DNA from: an uncultured Candidatus Saccharibacteria bacterium
Lineage (GTDB): Bacteria > Patescibacteriota > Minisyncoccia > Phycocordibacterales > UBA9973
DNA: 64,000 bases
Reading direction: 5' to 3'
Assembly (NCBI GenBank): GCA_964591445.1
Contig: CAZQAW010000002.1
Span: forward strand, 3,394-67,393
Shown here: positions 1 through 8,469 of the stretch, piece after piece
How the letters are laid out: each line of letters begins with the position of its first letter
Numbering within the stretch: the first letter of the stretch is position 1
The notes under the pieces: generated by a model
What the model was told of the DNA's origin: nothing
The model's input: only the letters and a program-made list of their open reading frames with translations
Database searches by the model: none
Program-made: the position numbers and the translations under genes

Positions 1-691
1 GAGACCAATACATGTGCGTGCGGTCGATATCTTCTTTGAGTACATGCGCGGCGTTGGTGAGAATAGAAAGTATTTTGCCTTCTTTGTCGGTTTTCAAGCC
101 TTTGTTTTGTTTGATCGTTTCTGCATCGTGCATCGTAAGTCCATAAGTTTGCGCAAGCAGGTGCGTGAGATTTTCTCCGCCAAAGAGCGAGAACTTTGCA
201 CCCACACTTACTCCATGCGAAACGATGGAAATCTCGCTTTCTGTTTTTCCAACATGAACAAAAAGTTCTGGGGCTTGCATGCGTAACGGCGCAAGATGTT
301 TTGCTAAAGCTTCTTCTTCATATACCACACTCCTTGTACGAAAGCCTGCCGCGCGAGCAATGCGTTTGTATGTTTCTTGTTCACGGCGTATTTCACGAAG
401 TGTAAGCTCTGTCCCCTTGTGCGAAGGAATAACAAGTGCAACTTCACGAAGTTCAACAACTTTTTTCATTTCACGAAGCGCAACAAGTAAAGCTGCTTCG
501 TTTGTAATGCCGTCGTGGCCGATAGTGTGTTTGTGCAAACGAATAGACGCATGCTGTTTAAGAGCAAGTTCATCGTCTTTGCGAACGAGTGAAATATAAA
601 AAGCTTCTTCGTGGCCGATGTGGAGCGCAGCAAAAGAAGATGGCCCAAACCATTGTTGCATGCGAGAAAATCTGTACGGTTGTACTTTCAT
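1..691 (-). CDS. Actin-like ATPase of the PilM/FtsA family. Partial: the C-terminus runs off the window start. My own translation begins MKVQPYRFSRMQQWFGPSSFAALHIGHEEAFYISLVRKDDELAL...
   Basis: I translated the minus strand of 1-691 by hand and found a continuous frame with no stop, which the ORF track cannot list because the stop lies outside the window. The GxxHxG-type N-terminal ATP-binding loop and the later HVGKTESEISIVSHG motif are typical of FtsA/PilM/MreB actin-fold proteins. The plus-strand ORFs 14..286 and 279..599 look non-protein-like. Confidence 0.5.
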   Translation of the reverse strand, partial: MKVQPYRFSRMQQWFGPSSFAALHIGHEEAFYISLVRKDDELALKQHASIRLHKHTIGHDGITNEAALLVALREMKKVVELREVALVIPSHKGTELTLREIRREQETYKRIARAAGFRTRSVVYEEEALAKHLAPLRMQAPELFVHVGKTESEISIVSHGVSVGAKFSLFGGENLTHLLAQTYGLTMHDAETIKQNKGLKTDKEGKILSILTNAAHVLKEDIDRTHMYWS

Positions 692-711
692 CTTCTACAG
701 TATACGTTACA

Positions 712-1326
712 TTATTCTTTCGGTGAAGAGGAAGCGCTAAGTTTTGCGCGAATAACTGGCCACAGTACAGGTACAAATGAAAGAACAACTATACCTCCGA
801 TAACCGGTGCAATATATGCGTCGATGTTTGGAATTCTTGAACCAAAAAAATATCCGAAAGACGGTATGATGAGCGCCCAGAACGCTACTCCAACAATATT
901 GAAAAGTGAAAAACGCGAGTACTTCATTTGCCCGATACCGGCAACCACTGGAGCAAATGTACGAATGATCGGAATAAAGCGCGCGACAAAAATAGTTTTG
1001 GCTCCGTGTTTTTCGTAAAAGCTTTGCGCGTGAGCAACGTACTGTCTTTTGAAGAAAAGCGAATCGTCGCGGACGAAGAGAGATATGCCGGCGCGCTTGC
1101 CGATGGCGTAGCCGACGATATAGCCAAGCGCGCCGGCAACGAACACCACAACAAACACCGAAGTGAGCGGAAATACTCCTTGCGCCGCAAAAATCCCCGC
1201 AGCAAAAAGCAAAGTATCTCCCGGCAAAAAGAACGCAACCGGAAATCCAGTTTCCGCAAAAATGATTGCAAAGATACCAAGCAGTCCGAGCGAATGTATC
1301 AAAAATTCCGGATCAAGAAAAGACAT
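712..1326 (-). CDS. DedA/TVP38-family membrane protein. The start was refined to the internal ATG (MSFLDPEF...), which directly follows the stop of the upstream gene.
   Basis: Multi-TM protein carrying the F(A/I)ETGFPVAFFLPGDTLL motif characteristic of DedA. The longer ORF 712..1401 would overlap the neighbouring gene by 70 nt. Confidence 0.7.
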   Translation of the reverse strand: MSFLDPEFLIHSLGLLGIFAIIFAETGFPVAFFLPGDTLLFAAGIFAAQGVFPLTSVFVVVFVAGALGYIVGYAIGKRAGISLFVRDDSLFFKRQYVAHAQSFYEKHGAKTIFVARFIPIIRTFAPVVAGIGQMKYSRFSLFNIVGVAFWALIIPSFGYFFGSRIPNIDAYIAPVIGGIVVLSFVPVLWPVIRAKLSASSSPKE

Positions 1327-1327
1327 A

Positions 1328-1732
1328 TTAGCGGACTTTGGAACCAGGCGGCACGTCGCTTTCTGGTGTAAGGAAGATCGGCCGTGTCTTACCTTCTGCA
1401 TCTGGCACGCTGTCTACCGCCATAAGCATACCGTGCGACTCCACTCCGCGAATTGTTCGCGGTTCCAAGTTTACGATGTATAGCACTTGCTTACCAACAA
1501 GCTCTTTGAATTCTGGGTAGTATTCTCGAATACCGGAAACAATCTGCCGCACATCTTGTTCTGGTTCTATAGTTCCATCAGTCGGAACTTTCATACCAAA
1601 ATCCACCATGCATCGCAAAAGCTTGTCCGCGCCTTCAACTGCTTCCACTTCGCGGATCGTACCGATGCGAATATCCATTTTTTTAAATTCATCATACGTT
1701 ACGTATTCTGTTTTTTTATTTTCGTTTTCCAT
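1328..1732 (-). CDS. CsaA/YgjH-like tRNA-binding protein (EMAP/OB-fold domain).
   Basis: The DIRIGTIREVEAV...KLLRCMVDFG...KQVLYIVNLEPRTIRGVESHGMLMAV pattern matches the MetRS C-terminal/CsaA tRNA-binding domain. Confidence 0.7.
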   Translation of the reverse strand: MENENKKTEYVTYDEFKKMDIRIGTIREVEAVEGADKLLRCMVDFGMKVPTDGTIEPEQDVRQIVSGIREYYPEFKELVGKQVLYIVNLEPRTIRGVESHGMLMAVDSVPDAEGKTRPIFLTPESDVPPGSKVR

Positions 1733-1735
1733 AAT

Positions 1736-2179
1736 TTAATTCCCAGCCCTAGACTGGTCGGCCTTGGGCCGAATATCAATAAATCTTTGTAATATCACCG
1801 CCGCAGCTTTTGCATCAATGTTATTCCCTTTCTCAATTTTCGTTTTGCGAGCATCGCGAGATTCTTTGCCTTGGCGCCCATGCGCTTCAAACGAAGAAAA
1901 CATTTCTCCGACAAGCTCAACCGGAACACCAGTTGCCTGTTCAAGCTCTTCTTTGAAGTTTACGATCAAAGCTTCAACTGCATTCACTTGTCCAATATTC
2001 CCTTTTCCATCACCGAGCGCAATCATTCCTACACCTTTTTCTTTTACGATCTCGGAAAGTTCGGCAACCAAATGTGGCGTCGTATCCAAAGTATCATGCG
2101 GAAAAGCAATGACGCCGCCATCGTCAGAAAGCGCCACCCCAGTCCGCCGCACCCCATAATCTACCCCCATCAGCTTCAT
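1736..2179 (-). CDS. ruvX: Holliday junction resolvase-like protein RuvX/YqgF.
   Basis: The N-terminal MGVDYGxxRxGVALSD is the RNase H-fold YqgF signature. Confidence 0.85.
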   Translation of the reverse strand: MKLMGVDYGVRRTGVALSDDGGVIAFPHDTLDTTPHLVAELSEIVKEKGVGMIALGDGKGNIGQVNAVEALIVNFKEELEQATGVPVELVGEMFSSFEAHGRQGKESRDARKTKIEKGNNIDAKAAAVILQRFIDIRPKADQSRAGN

Positions 2180-2215
2180 ATATATGAGAGTAGCATATTT
2201 TCTGCCCGCTCTGCA

Positions 2216-2243
2216 TTGAATTTAAACGAGAATATGGTATGAT
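2216..2243 (+). promoter_or_regulatory. Candidate sigma-70 promoter: TTGAAT, 16-nt spacer, extended -10 TGgTATGAT. The start codon lies about 7 nt downstream, so the mRNA would be leaderless.
   Basis: Read directly from the sequence. The predicted transcription start coincides with the ATG at 2250. Confidence 0.3.
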
Positions 2244-2249
2244 GCCTGC

Positions 2250-2528
2250 ATGAACGATCTTTGGGTACATATTTCTGTGCTAGTGCTCACTTTGTGGGTT
2301 TTGGTATGGAAAGGCTATGCCCTTTGGACTGCGGCACAACGTCGCGAGCGGACTTGGTTCATCGTTCTGCTCATTGTGAACACGATTTCGATCCTCGATA
2401 TTTTCTATATCTTCCAGATCGCCAAGAAAAGCCGCAAAGACGTGTGGAATGTCTTCAATAAAAGCATTTTTTCTCTCGGTGAATGGAAATCTAAAAAAGA
2501 CAAAGACGGAAGCGAAGTAACGATGTAA
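2250..2528 (+). CDS. Small membrane protein (2 TM), function unknown.
   Basis: Hydrophobic segments LVLTLWVLVW and WFIVLLIVNTISILDIFYIF. No recognisable catalytic motif. Confidence 0.45.
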   Translation: MNDLWVHISVLVLTLWVLVWKGYALWTAAQRRERTWFIVLLIVNTISILDIFYIFQIAKKSRKDVWNVFNKSIFSLGEWKSKKDKDGSEVTM

Positions 2529-2542
2529 GCAGATAAACTAAG

Positions 2543-3043
2543 TTGTGGTATACTGGAAGAGTGCCTGAGCAGTATAAACGAAAACCAAATACCAGCTGTA
2601 CCGTCTGCAAGAAACCTCTGTATCGTCGTCCTTTAGTTTTACAAAAGAACGGAAATAAAGCATTTTGCAGTCTGACATGTTATGGTCTTTCAACAAGAAA
2701 AGAGCATCCTTGCATTGTGTGTGGAAAACCTATCCTCGCACAGTTTAATAAAAAAACGTGCAGTCGGGCATGTGCAAATACCAACAGGTCCGGAACTCAA
2801 TACAGAGTTGGTAGACCAAATGACAAAGCAGTCAAAGACCGGGCTCTCAAAATAAAGTTACTTAAACTACGAAGCGGGCAGTGCGAAAGATGTGGATATA
2901 GTACCCGCGAAATTCTCCAAGTTCATCATAAAAATAGAAACCACTCAGACAACAGAGTTACAAACCTTGAACTCATTTGTCCCAACTGCCATTGCAAAGA
3001 GCACTATTTCAATAACAGCTGGTTGAAAAAATATACAAAATAA
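2543..3043 (+). CDS. HNH endonuclease-like protein with three CxxC zinc-ribbon pairs.
   Basis: The C-terminal HHKNRNHSDNRVTNLELICPNCH is an HNH motif. It is preceded by CTVCKK..CSLTC, CIVCGK..CSRAC and CERCGY. Confidence 0.65.
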   Translation: MWYTGRVPEQYKRKPNTSCTVCKKPLYRRPLVLQKNGNKAFCSLTCYGLSTRKEHPCIVCGKPILAQFNKKTCSRACANTNRSGTQYRVGRPNDKAVKDRALKIKLLKLRSGQCERCGYSTREILQVHHKNRNHSDNRVTNLELICPNCHCKEHYFNNSWLKKYTK

Positions 3044-3058
3044 GGTAATGTTCTACTC

Positions 3059-3144
3059 GGAAGCGTGGCAGAGAGGTCTAATGCGCTTGTCTTGAAAACA
3101 AGAGTCCTGAATAGGGACCGTGAGTTCGAATCTCACCGCTTCCG
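3059..3144 (+). tRNA. tRNA-Ser, anticodon UGA (long variable arm). CCA is not encoded.
   Basis: Manual fold: acceptor GGAAGCG/CGCTTCC, anticodon stem CTTGT/ACAAG with loop CTTGAAA, 17-nt variable arm, T-loop TTCGAAT, discriminator G. Confidence 0.9.
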
Positions 3145-3156
3145 CAGAAACAAAAC

Positions 3157-3186
3157 TAAAAAAGTGGCATTCAGCCACTTTTTTAG
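3157..3186. terminator. Bidirectional intrinsic terminator hairpin AAAAAGTGGC-ATTCA-GCCACTTTTTT.
   Basis: GC stem flanked by an A-tract and a T-tract. It sits between the tRNA-Ser and the convergent dehydrogenase gene. Confidence 0.6.
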
Positions 3187-4103
3187 TTTACCCTATTTTT
3201 ATCTTGTCCTGTTTTTAACAAATTAATCATTGAATCTACAGCCATATCACTACACAATTTAATTTCAGTTTCAGTATTAAATGCATTTGAGCCATTGAAA
3301 CAATACCAGTTACTCATCGGCAGTGAATCAAATTCTCCACTCCCCAATTTGTAATCTGAAGCAGCTCTTAGTCTTCCCGATTTAAGTTCATTATAAAGTG
3401 CAGTTTCATCAAGCGGACCACGATGCATGAAGCTTACAATGAGTGAGCCACCTTTGATAAGTTTTAATTCTTGTTCACTAATAAAATGTTCTCCCGCATC
3501 TTTTGAAACACAAAGGAATACGATATCGCTTTCAGAAAGCAGTCTGTTGAGTTCTTTATATTCCAAATTTGATTCTTCATGTCTTGTCCTACTAAAGTAA
3601 GAAATAGAAGCTGGGCGGAACGGCTCGATCATTTTTGCAATTTCTTTTCCAATTCTTCCGAACCCAACGATCCCAACGTGCTGACCTTCAATACCTTTGC
3701 TTGTCATGAATTTCTTCTCTCCTGCTCGCCCCAAATCAAAAATATTTCGATTCATTGCAAGTGCCATAGTTATAGCCCATTCTGCAACAGCATGTGTGGG
3801 CGCGTCCGGAGTATTTGCAATTGCAATTCCTTTGCTTGTTACATATTCGTGATTTGGTATAAAATCTTTATATCCAATTCCAGTAAAAACAATGGCTTTC
3901 AAAGCGTCCCCGGCATCAATAATCTTGTTACTGAGTTTTTCTATTCCGCCAAGAATATACCCATCTTTCCCTTTCACAGCCGCAACAAGTTCTTCTTCTG
4001 TTGCTTCGGGCTTATCAAGTCTTTCAATTTCAAACCCAGCATTACGAAGTTTTTCTTCGTGTTCTTTTTGTATAAACAATGAATCAGTTATAAGTATTTT
4101 CAT
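3183..4103 (-). CDS. D-isomer-specific 2-hydroxyacid dehydrogenase (phosphoglycerate/glycerate dehydrogenase family).
   Basis: NAD-binding GIVGFGRIGKEIAK motif and the overall domain order of the D-2-hydroxyacid dehydrogenase family. Confidence 0.8.
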   Translation of the reverse strand: MKILITDSLFIQKEHEEKLRNAGFEIERLDKPEATEEELVAAVKGKDGYILGGIEKLSNKIIDAGDALKAIVFTGIGYKDFIPNHEYVTSKGIAIANTPDAPTHAVAEWAITMALAMNRNIFDLGRAGEKKFMTSKGIEGQHVGIVGFGRIGKEIAKMIEPFRPASISYFSRTRHEESNLEYKELNRLLSESDIVFLCVSKDAGEHFISEQELKLIKGGSLIVSFMHRGPLDETALYNELKSGRLRAASDYKLGSGEFDSLPMSNWYCFNGSNAFNTETEIKLCSDMAVDSMINLLKTGQDKNRVN

Positions 4104-4107
4104 AAAA

Positions 4108-4722
4108 TTATTTTATCTTAGTCACCCTCACCACCCGACCAGTAGAATCATAAGTAGTCCACTCTCCTGTTTGTTTTCCTTTTTTGAAATATCCCGAGCG
4201 CATGATGGTGCCAACTTTTTTGCCTTTGGCTGGCTTGCGGAACCATTGCCAGTAGCCTTCCATTTTGCCGGCGACGGTTTTGCCTTTTGCCCAGACACTG
4301 CCGTCTTTGTGGTAAACGATGTGTGGTTTATTTGTCGAAGTTTGTTTTTGTTTTGAAGCTGTCTTCCCTTTCTGTTTTTCCAAAACTTCTTTCACTCGAA
4401 ACTTTGTAATTTTTGTTACAAGCGCGAGTGGAAGTTTTTCGGTCAGCGGAAATTGAATCGTGCCTTTTGATGTTTCGTATTTTGAAAGTTCTTTCGCAAA
4501 ATTGCTTACGCCAGACGGTGTCGGGAAAAATCCAATATGATTTTTGAATCCACCAAAGAACACCAAGTTCTCATGAAAGATAAACGCTGGCATGCCGTAC
4601 TTCATCGCCTCGGTCGCCTTCGGCGCAGCTTTCTTGATCGTCGCACGCATTTGTTTCAAAAATACTTGTACGTCTTTCGGATAAGAATTTATATATGCGT
4701 CTACAGTGGTAAAACTTTTCAT
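4108..4722 (-). CDS. DUF1801 (YdhG-like) domain protein with a C-terminal MORN/YwqK-like repeat.
   Basis: The N-terminus, DAYINSYPKDVQVFLKQMRATIKKAAP...GMPAF, is DUF1801-like. The C-terminus carries G..G.W repeats. Confidence 0.5.
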   Translation of the reverse strand: MKSFTTVDAYINSYPKDVQVFLKQMRATIKKAAPKATEAMKYGMPAFIFHENLVFFGGFKNHIGFFPTPSGVSNFAKELSKYETSKGTIQFPLTEKLPLALVTKITKFRVKEVLEKQKGKTASKQKQTSTNKPHIVYHKDGSVWAKGKTVAGKMEGYWQWFRKPAKGKKVGTIMRSGYFKKGKQTGEWTTYDSTGRVVRVTKIK

Positions 4723-4793
4723 AAAGATAGTTTATCACAATATGGCTTTATACTTCCCCATCCATCACAAAACCGCTATAATGAGCGTTATAT

Positions 4794-5357
4794 ATGGCAG
4801 ATGAGACTTACAACCACGAAGAAGTAAAAGCCTTGATACATAAGGCCAAAAATGGCGATTCCGAGGCTTATGGCGAAGTCTATCGGGCTTACTACACGCC
4901 GGTCTACAGGTACATCTACCTCCGGACCAAAAGCCGGGACCAGGCAGAAGACTTGGCGCAGACGGTGTTTATGAAGGTATACAAATCACTTTCAAACCTC
5001 GAAACCACGTCCACGTCCCCGCTCGCTTACTTCTTTACGGTTGCAAGAAACACCATCATCGACCACTGGAGAAAAGAAGGTCACGGCACAGTGTACGACG
5101 ACGAAGTTGTCGCCAGCCAGTCGGACAAAGAGCAAGACACGATGGAAAGCTTTGAGACGAAAGAATCAAAAGAGCTCGTCCACCAAGCGCTCGGAATTCT
5201 GACCGAAGAACAACAAGAAGTCATGCGGCTCAAGTTCATCAGCGACCTGTCGACCAAAGACATTGCCACGATGCTCGAGAAAAGCGAAGAAGCCGTACGA
5301 CAACTGCAATCGCGCGCACTCAAATTACTTCGGGCCTATTTTAAAAGAGAAAGCTAA
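4794..5357 (+). CDS. ECF-type sigma-70 family RNA polymerase sigma factor.
   Basis: Region 2 (YRYIYLRTKSRDQAEDLAQTVFMKVY) and region 4 HTH (EEQQEVMRLKFISDLSTKDIATMLEKSEEAVRQLQSRALKKLR). Confidence 0.8.
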   Translation: MADETYNHEEVKALIHKAKNGDSEAYGEVYRAYYTPVYRYIYLRTKSRDQAEDLAQTVFMKVYKSLSNLETTSTSPLAYFFTVARNTIIDHWRKEGHGTVYDDEVVASQSDKEQDTMESFETKESKELVHQALGILTEEQQEVMRLKFISDLSTKDIATMLEKSEEAVRQLQSRALKLLRAYFKRES

Positions 5358-5358
5358 T

Positions 5359-5964
5359 ATGAAAAAAGAAACACGAACAATCGAAGAAGTTCTCGCACAC
5401 GCTCTACAGATGCATGAGTCTGGTATTTCGACTGCCGAGATCTACAAAGCTTTCCCCGAAGAAGCAAAAGACTTGCGCAGCTTTTTCGACACGATCGAAA
5501 TTTTGAAAAAGCAGACAACACACATCACACCAAGCGAAGACGCTTTCCAAACGATGCTCGCAACACTCGACAAACAACCGTTTGCGGTGCGCTCGCCTTT
5601 TACCAAGTCGTGGTGGAAGAACTACGGCGGCATGCTGTCTCTAGGCGCAACGCTTGCGCTTGTCTTCGTGCTTCAAAGCAAAACTCCAAATACCCAAGTC
5701 GCAATTGAAAATGCACCTGCACCGATGGCGATGACAGAAGTTGCAGACACAGGAGCACTTGCTGGAACTGAAACTCCTTCGATCATGGTGGCAAAAATGG
5801 CACCCGCACCAAGCGGCTCTGTCGATGATGCAATTTCTGAAATCAACTCTTCATCTTCACAAGAAACTTCGTACGGAAAGGTCGCCCGCGACAAAGAACT
5901 TGCTGCGTATGATAAAAACGACGTTAACACTTTTGCAAATACATCTTATGAAGAACTTTACTAA
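5359..5964 (+). CDS. Putative anti-sigma factor: single-TM protein translationally coupled to the ECF sigma gene (1-nt spacer).
   Basis: The ATG lies 1 nt after the sigma stop codon. The protein has one central TM segment (MLSLGATLALVFVL). The call rests on gene context only. Confidence 0.4.
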   Translation: MKKETRTIEEVLAHALQMHESGISTAEIYKAFPEEAKDLRSFFDTIEILKKQTTHITPSEDAFQTMLATLDKQPFAVRSPFTKSWWKNYGGMLSLGATLALVFVLQSKTPNTQVAIENAPAPMAMTEVADTGALAGTETPSIMVAKMAPAPSGSVDDAISEINSSSSQETSYGKVARDKELAAYDKNDVNTFANTSYEELY

Positions 5965-6673
5965 AACAACTTTCATACTTCTCTTTGCGATCTTCGCCTT
6001 CGCACCACATAAAAGCGAAGCTGCCGTACTTGGCTTGGGCGCAAATTTCTGCGACCGACTTCCTGGCATCGAACAGAAAATCCTAGTGCAAGTAGAAGAC
6101 TTCCAGACAAAACGTGAAGCAAACAAGCCGGCGCTTTCTATCAAACTTGAAGAAGCATGGACTGCAGACAAAGAAGAGCTTGCGGCAGAGCGACTTGCTG
6201 CAGACGAACGCCGAGAAGCGCAGATGGAAGCTCTCTTGGCAAAAGCAACAACAGATGCCGAGAAAAAAGCGGTGACAACTTTCAAAATAAAAGTAGACAA
6301 AGCAGTCAAAGATTTGCGCGCAGCTATAGACAAAGCAACTCTCTCCTACCAAACTGCGGTGAAAGCCCTTCGTGATGAACGCTTGGCTGGGCTCGATGAA
6401 AGCATCGCGGCTTACAAAGTGCACATCCAAACTTCTTTTGCAGTGATGAAAGAATCCTGCGTAAACACAAAGCCAACAGAAAAAACTATCCGTGCAGAAA
6501 TCGAAATGATCCGCGAGGGCTTGAGAAAAAACCAAGAACTTTTTGACAGCAAGATCGACGGCATCGACGCTATCGCCGAAGTGCGAGCAGACTCAAATGC
6601 AAAAGCCGAAGCAACGTATACAAAAGAAATGAAGTCTGCAGAAACAGCGCTCCGCAAAGTATTGAAGCAATAA
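5948..6673 (+). CDS. Secreted coiled-coil protein (signal peptide MKNFTKTTFILLFAIFAFAPHKSEA). Third gene of the sigma operon.
   Basis: Signal peptide at the internal ATG. Overlaps the preceding gene by 17 nt. Ala/Glu/Lys-rich heptad-like sequence. Confidence 0.45.
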   Translation: MKNFTKTTFILLFAIFAFAPHKSEAAVLGLGANFCDRLPGIEQKILVQVEDFQTKREANKPALSIKLEEAWTADKEELAAERLAADERREAQMEALLAKATTDAEKKAVTTFKIKVDKAVKDLRAAIDKATLSYQTAVKALRDERLAGLDESIAAYKVHIQTSFAVMKESCVNTKPTEKTIRAEIEMIREGLRKNQELFDSKIDGIDAIAEVRADSNAKAEATYTKEMKSAETALRKVLKQ

Positions 6674-6712
6674 ATTCTAGGCATTCCATTTTTTATTTGC
6701 TACCATGAAAGT

Positions 6713-7174
6713 ATGAACCCAAAGGACGTACTGTATGAATGGACAACGAGCGAATACGTATCTACGAAAAAAACCGTGGACTGGTATTGGGCTGTCGGCA
6801 TCATTGCCACTTGTGCCACTGTTGCCTCCATCATCTATCGCAATTTCCTTTTTGCAATTTTCGTCATCTTGGGCGCGGGGTTTCTCATTATGTTCCAAAT
6901 AAAAAAGCCGAAACAAGTGGACATGAAGATCTTGAAGCGCGGCATCATGATAGACAACTATTTGTATAGTTTTGATTCGATCAAATCGTTCTGGGTGGAC
7001 AACCGCGGCCACAGGCTCTACCTCCACTCCGACCGCATTGTGCTCCCAATGATGGCGATCCCCCTTGGCGAAACGAACCCCGAAACCGTGCGAAGCTACC
7101 TCGCGGAACACTTGAAAGAAGAGGAAGTCTCCGAAAATTCCCTCTCAACCATCGTCGACAAGATTGGGTTCTAA
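6713..7174 (+). CDS. Hypothetical membrane protein.
   Basis: Two TM segments followed by a soluble C-terminal domain. No recognisable motif. Confidence 0.4.
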   Translation: MNPKDVLYEWTTSEYVSTKKTVDWYWAVGIIATCATVASIIYRNFLFAIFVILGAGFLIMFQIKKPKQVDMKILKRGIMIDNYLYSFDSIKSFWVDNRGHRLYLHSDRIVLPMMAIPLGETNPETVRSYLAEHLKEEEVSENSLSTIVDKIGF

Positions 7175-7180
7175 AAAAAT

Positions 7181-7206
7181 AAAAACTGCCGGAGGGCAGT
7201 TTTTTA
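7181..7206. terminator. Intrinsic terminator CTGCC-GGAG-GGCAG followed by TTTTTT.
   Basis: Hairpin plus T-tract immediately after the stop at 7174. The convergent tRNA-Arg follows. Confidence 0.55.
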
Positions 7207-7209
7207 ATG

Positions 7210-7281
7210 TGGTCCCGGCAGGAATCGAACCTGCATCATAACTTCCGCAAAGTTACGTCCTATCCATTGAACGACGGGACC
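7210..7281 (-). tRNA. tRNA-Arg, anticodon GCG as read from the sequence. Carries G37 and has no encoded CCA.
   Basis: Manual fold of the reverse complement: acceptor GGTCCCG/CGGGACC, D-stem GTTC/GGAC, anticodon stem TAACT/AGTTA with loop TTGCGGA, T-loop TTCGATT, discriminator A. Confidence 0.8.
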
Positions 7282-7323
7282 AGTAGTCTGTATCGCTACA
7301 CTACCAGTTTTTTAACTAAAAAG

Positions 7324-7614
7324 CTACTCTTCTTTATTATTTTTCAACTCCCCCTTCGCCCATTTGATGATTTGCTCTTTTGTTGCTTCTCCGCAGATCC
7401 AACCCTTACTTTCTGTGTTGTATAAAAATGGCACGCCGCCGCACATGTCTTTGTCGTATTTTTCCATCAGTTTTTCGTTTTCGCTGTTGTGCCAGATTTC
7501 AACACGAGTAACTTCAAACCCAACTTCCTTTTCAACTTCGTCTAAAAGTGTTCGGATGCGCTCGCAGTGCGGACATTCTTTGCCGTAAAATTCAAGTAAG
7601 TGCGGTGCTTTCAT
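7324..7614 (-). CDS. Thioredoxin/glutaredoxin-like protein with a CPHC active site.
   Basis: FYGKECPHCERI is a thioredoxin-fold redox motif. The start was refined to MKAPHLLEF, which abuts the stop of the upstream gene. Confidence 0.7.
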   Translation of the reverse strand: MKAPHLLEFYGKECPHCERIRTLLDEVEKEVGFEVTRVEIWHNSENEKLMEKYDKDMCGGVPFLYNTESKGWICGEATKEQIIKWAKGELKNNKEE

Positions 7615-7615
7615 G

Positions 7616-8128
7616 TTAGATAGTTTTGACCGGAAGAACAAAAGTGTCCGGAGTTCCTTCGCCGCTCGGATTTTCTTCGGTAAAGACAAGATCAAGTGTT
7701 TTAGTCGAAGGTGTTTTAGTAAGCTTCAATTCCGCATCATAACGCACCGGGCCGGTCGTCATCCAATCTTCGTCTGTTGTAAGCGTACCGCCACCGACTA
7801 CGTTGCCATCACCATCGATCACTTCGACAAACCCTGCTTGCGCTTCAAACACGCTCCATGCGCAGCCGAGAATATCCATCTGTGTGTTGTCGACAACTGT
7901 TTTTACAGTAAGCGGAAATGCGACCGTCGTTTTCGAAAGTGGGGTGCTGACGATAAGCCCACACGCACCGTTGTCTGTGGCAATAGCTTCAGCTTCTTTT
8001 TGAGAAGAAAATTTGTCTCCAATACCGTCTACCTTGTACTTGCTTTCGCGGAAAAGATATATAAGAAATGCAATAAAAAGAAGCGCGATCACGAGCCCAA
8101 TAGTATAGCCTTTTGATGTTCTGTTCAT
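7616..8128 (-). CDS. Membrane-anchored Ig-like (Gmad2-type) domain protein.
   Basis: N-terminal TM (IGLVIALLFIAFLIYLF) followed by a beta-rich domain. The family assignment is tentative. Confidence 0.35.
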   Translation of the reverse strand: MNRTSKGYTIGLVIALLFIAFLIYLFRESKYKVDGIGDKFSSQKEAEAIATDNGACGLIVSTPLSKTTVAFPLTVKTVVDNTQMDILGCAWSVFEAQAGFVEVIDGDGNVVGGGTLTTDEDWMTTGPVRYDAELKLTKTPSTKTLDLVFTEENPSGEGTPDTFVLPVKTI

Positions 8129-8173
8129 ATAAGTAGTATAGCAGATAAACAAAAACCCGCCGAAGCGGGATTG

Positions 8174-8428
8174 TTATTTTGTCATTCGAGAAACGAGAGA
8201 CTTTCGGCGAGCAGCAGTGTTCTTTGAGATAACGCCTTGCTTTGCAGCCTTGTCGATAGCTTTGTAAGCGAGAGCGAGAGATTTCTTGCCTTCGTCTTTG
8301 TTCTTGCCTTTGACAAGCTTCGTAACTTTCTTGACGGCTTCCTTGTAGTTCTTCTTGCGGCGGTCGTTGACTGACTTTTTGCGAAGAGAGCTTCGAAGGG
8401 CCTTTTTTGCTGAACGTGTAATTGGCAT
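8174..8428 (-). CDS. rpsT: 30S ribosomal protein S20.
   Basis: MPITRSAKKALRSSLRKKSVNDRRKKNYKEAVKK is the typical bS20 N-terminus. The ORF-track start lies 42 nt upstream of this conserved start. Confidence 0.85.
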   Translation of the reverse strand: MPITRSAKKALRSSLRKKSVNDRRKKNYKEAVKKVTKLVKGKNKDEGKKSLALAYKAIDKAAKQGVISKNTAARRKSLVSRMTK

Positions 8429-8469
8429 GCGGGTACTATACCAGATTATAGGAGGGGAAGCAAGAAGCA

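Noticed and set aside
14-599. Plus-strand ORFs 14..286, 196..405 and 279..599 at the window start.
   Set aside because: They lie antisense to a continuous, motif-bearing minus-strand frame (actin-like ATPase) that runs off the window. Their translations are low-complexity and not protein-like.
3579-4356. Plus-strand ORFs 3579..4082 and 3892..4356.
   Set aside because: They are antisense shadows of the well-supported 2-hydroxyacid dehydrogenase gene. Their composition is Phe/Ser/Cys-rich and arbitrary.
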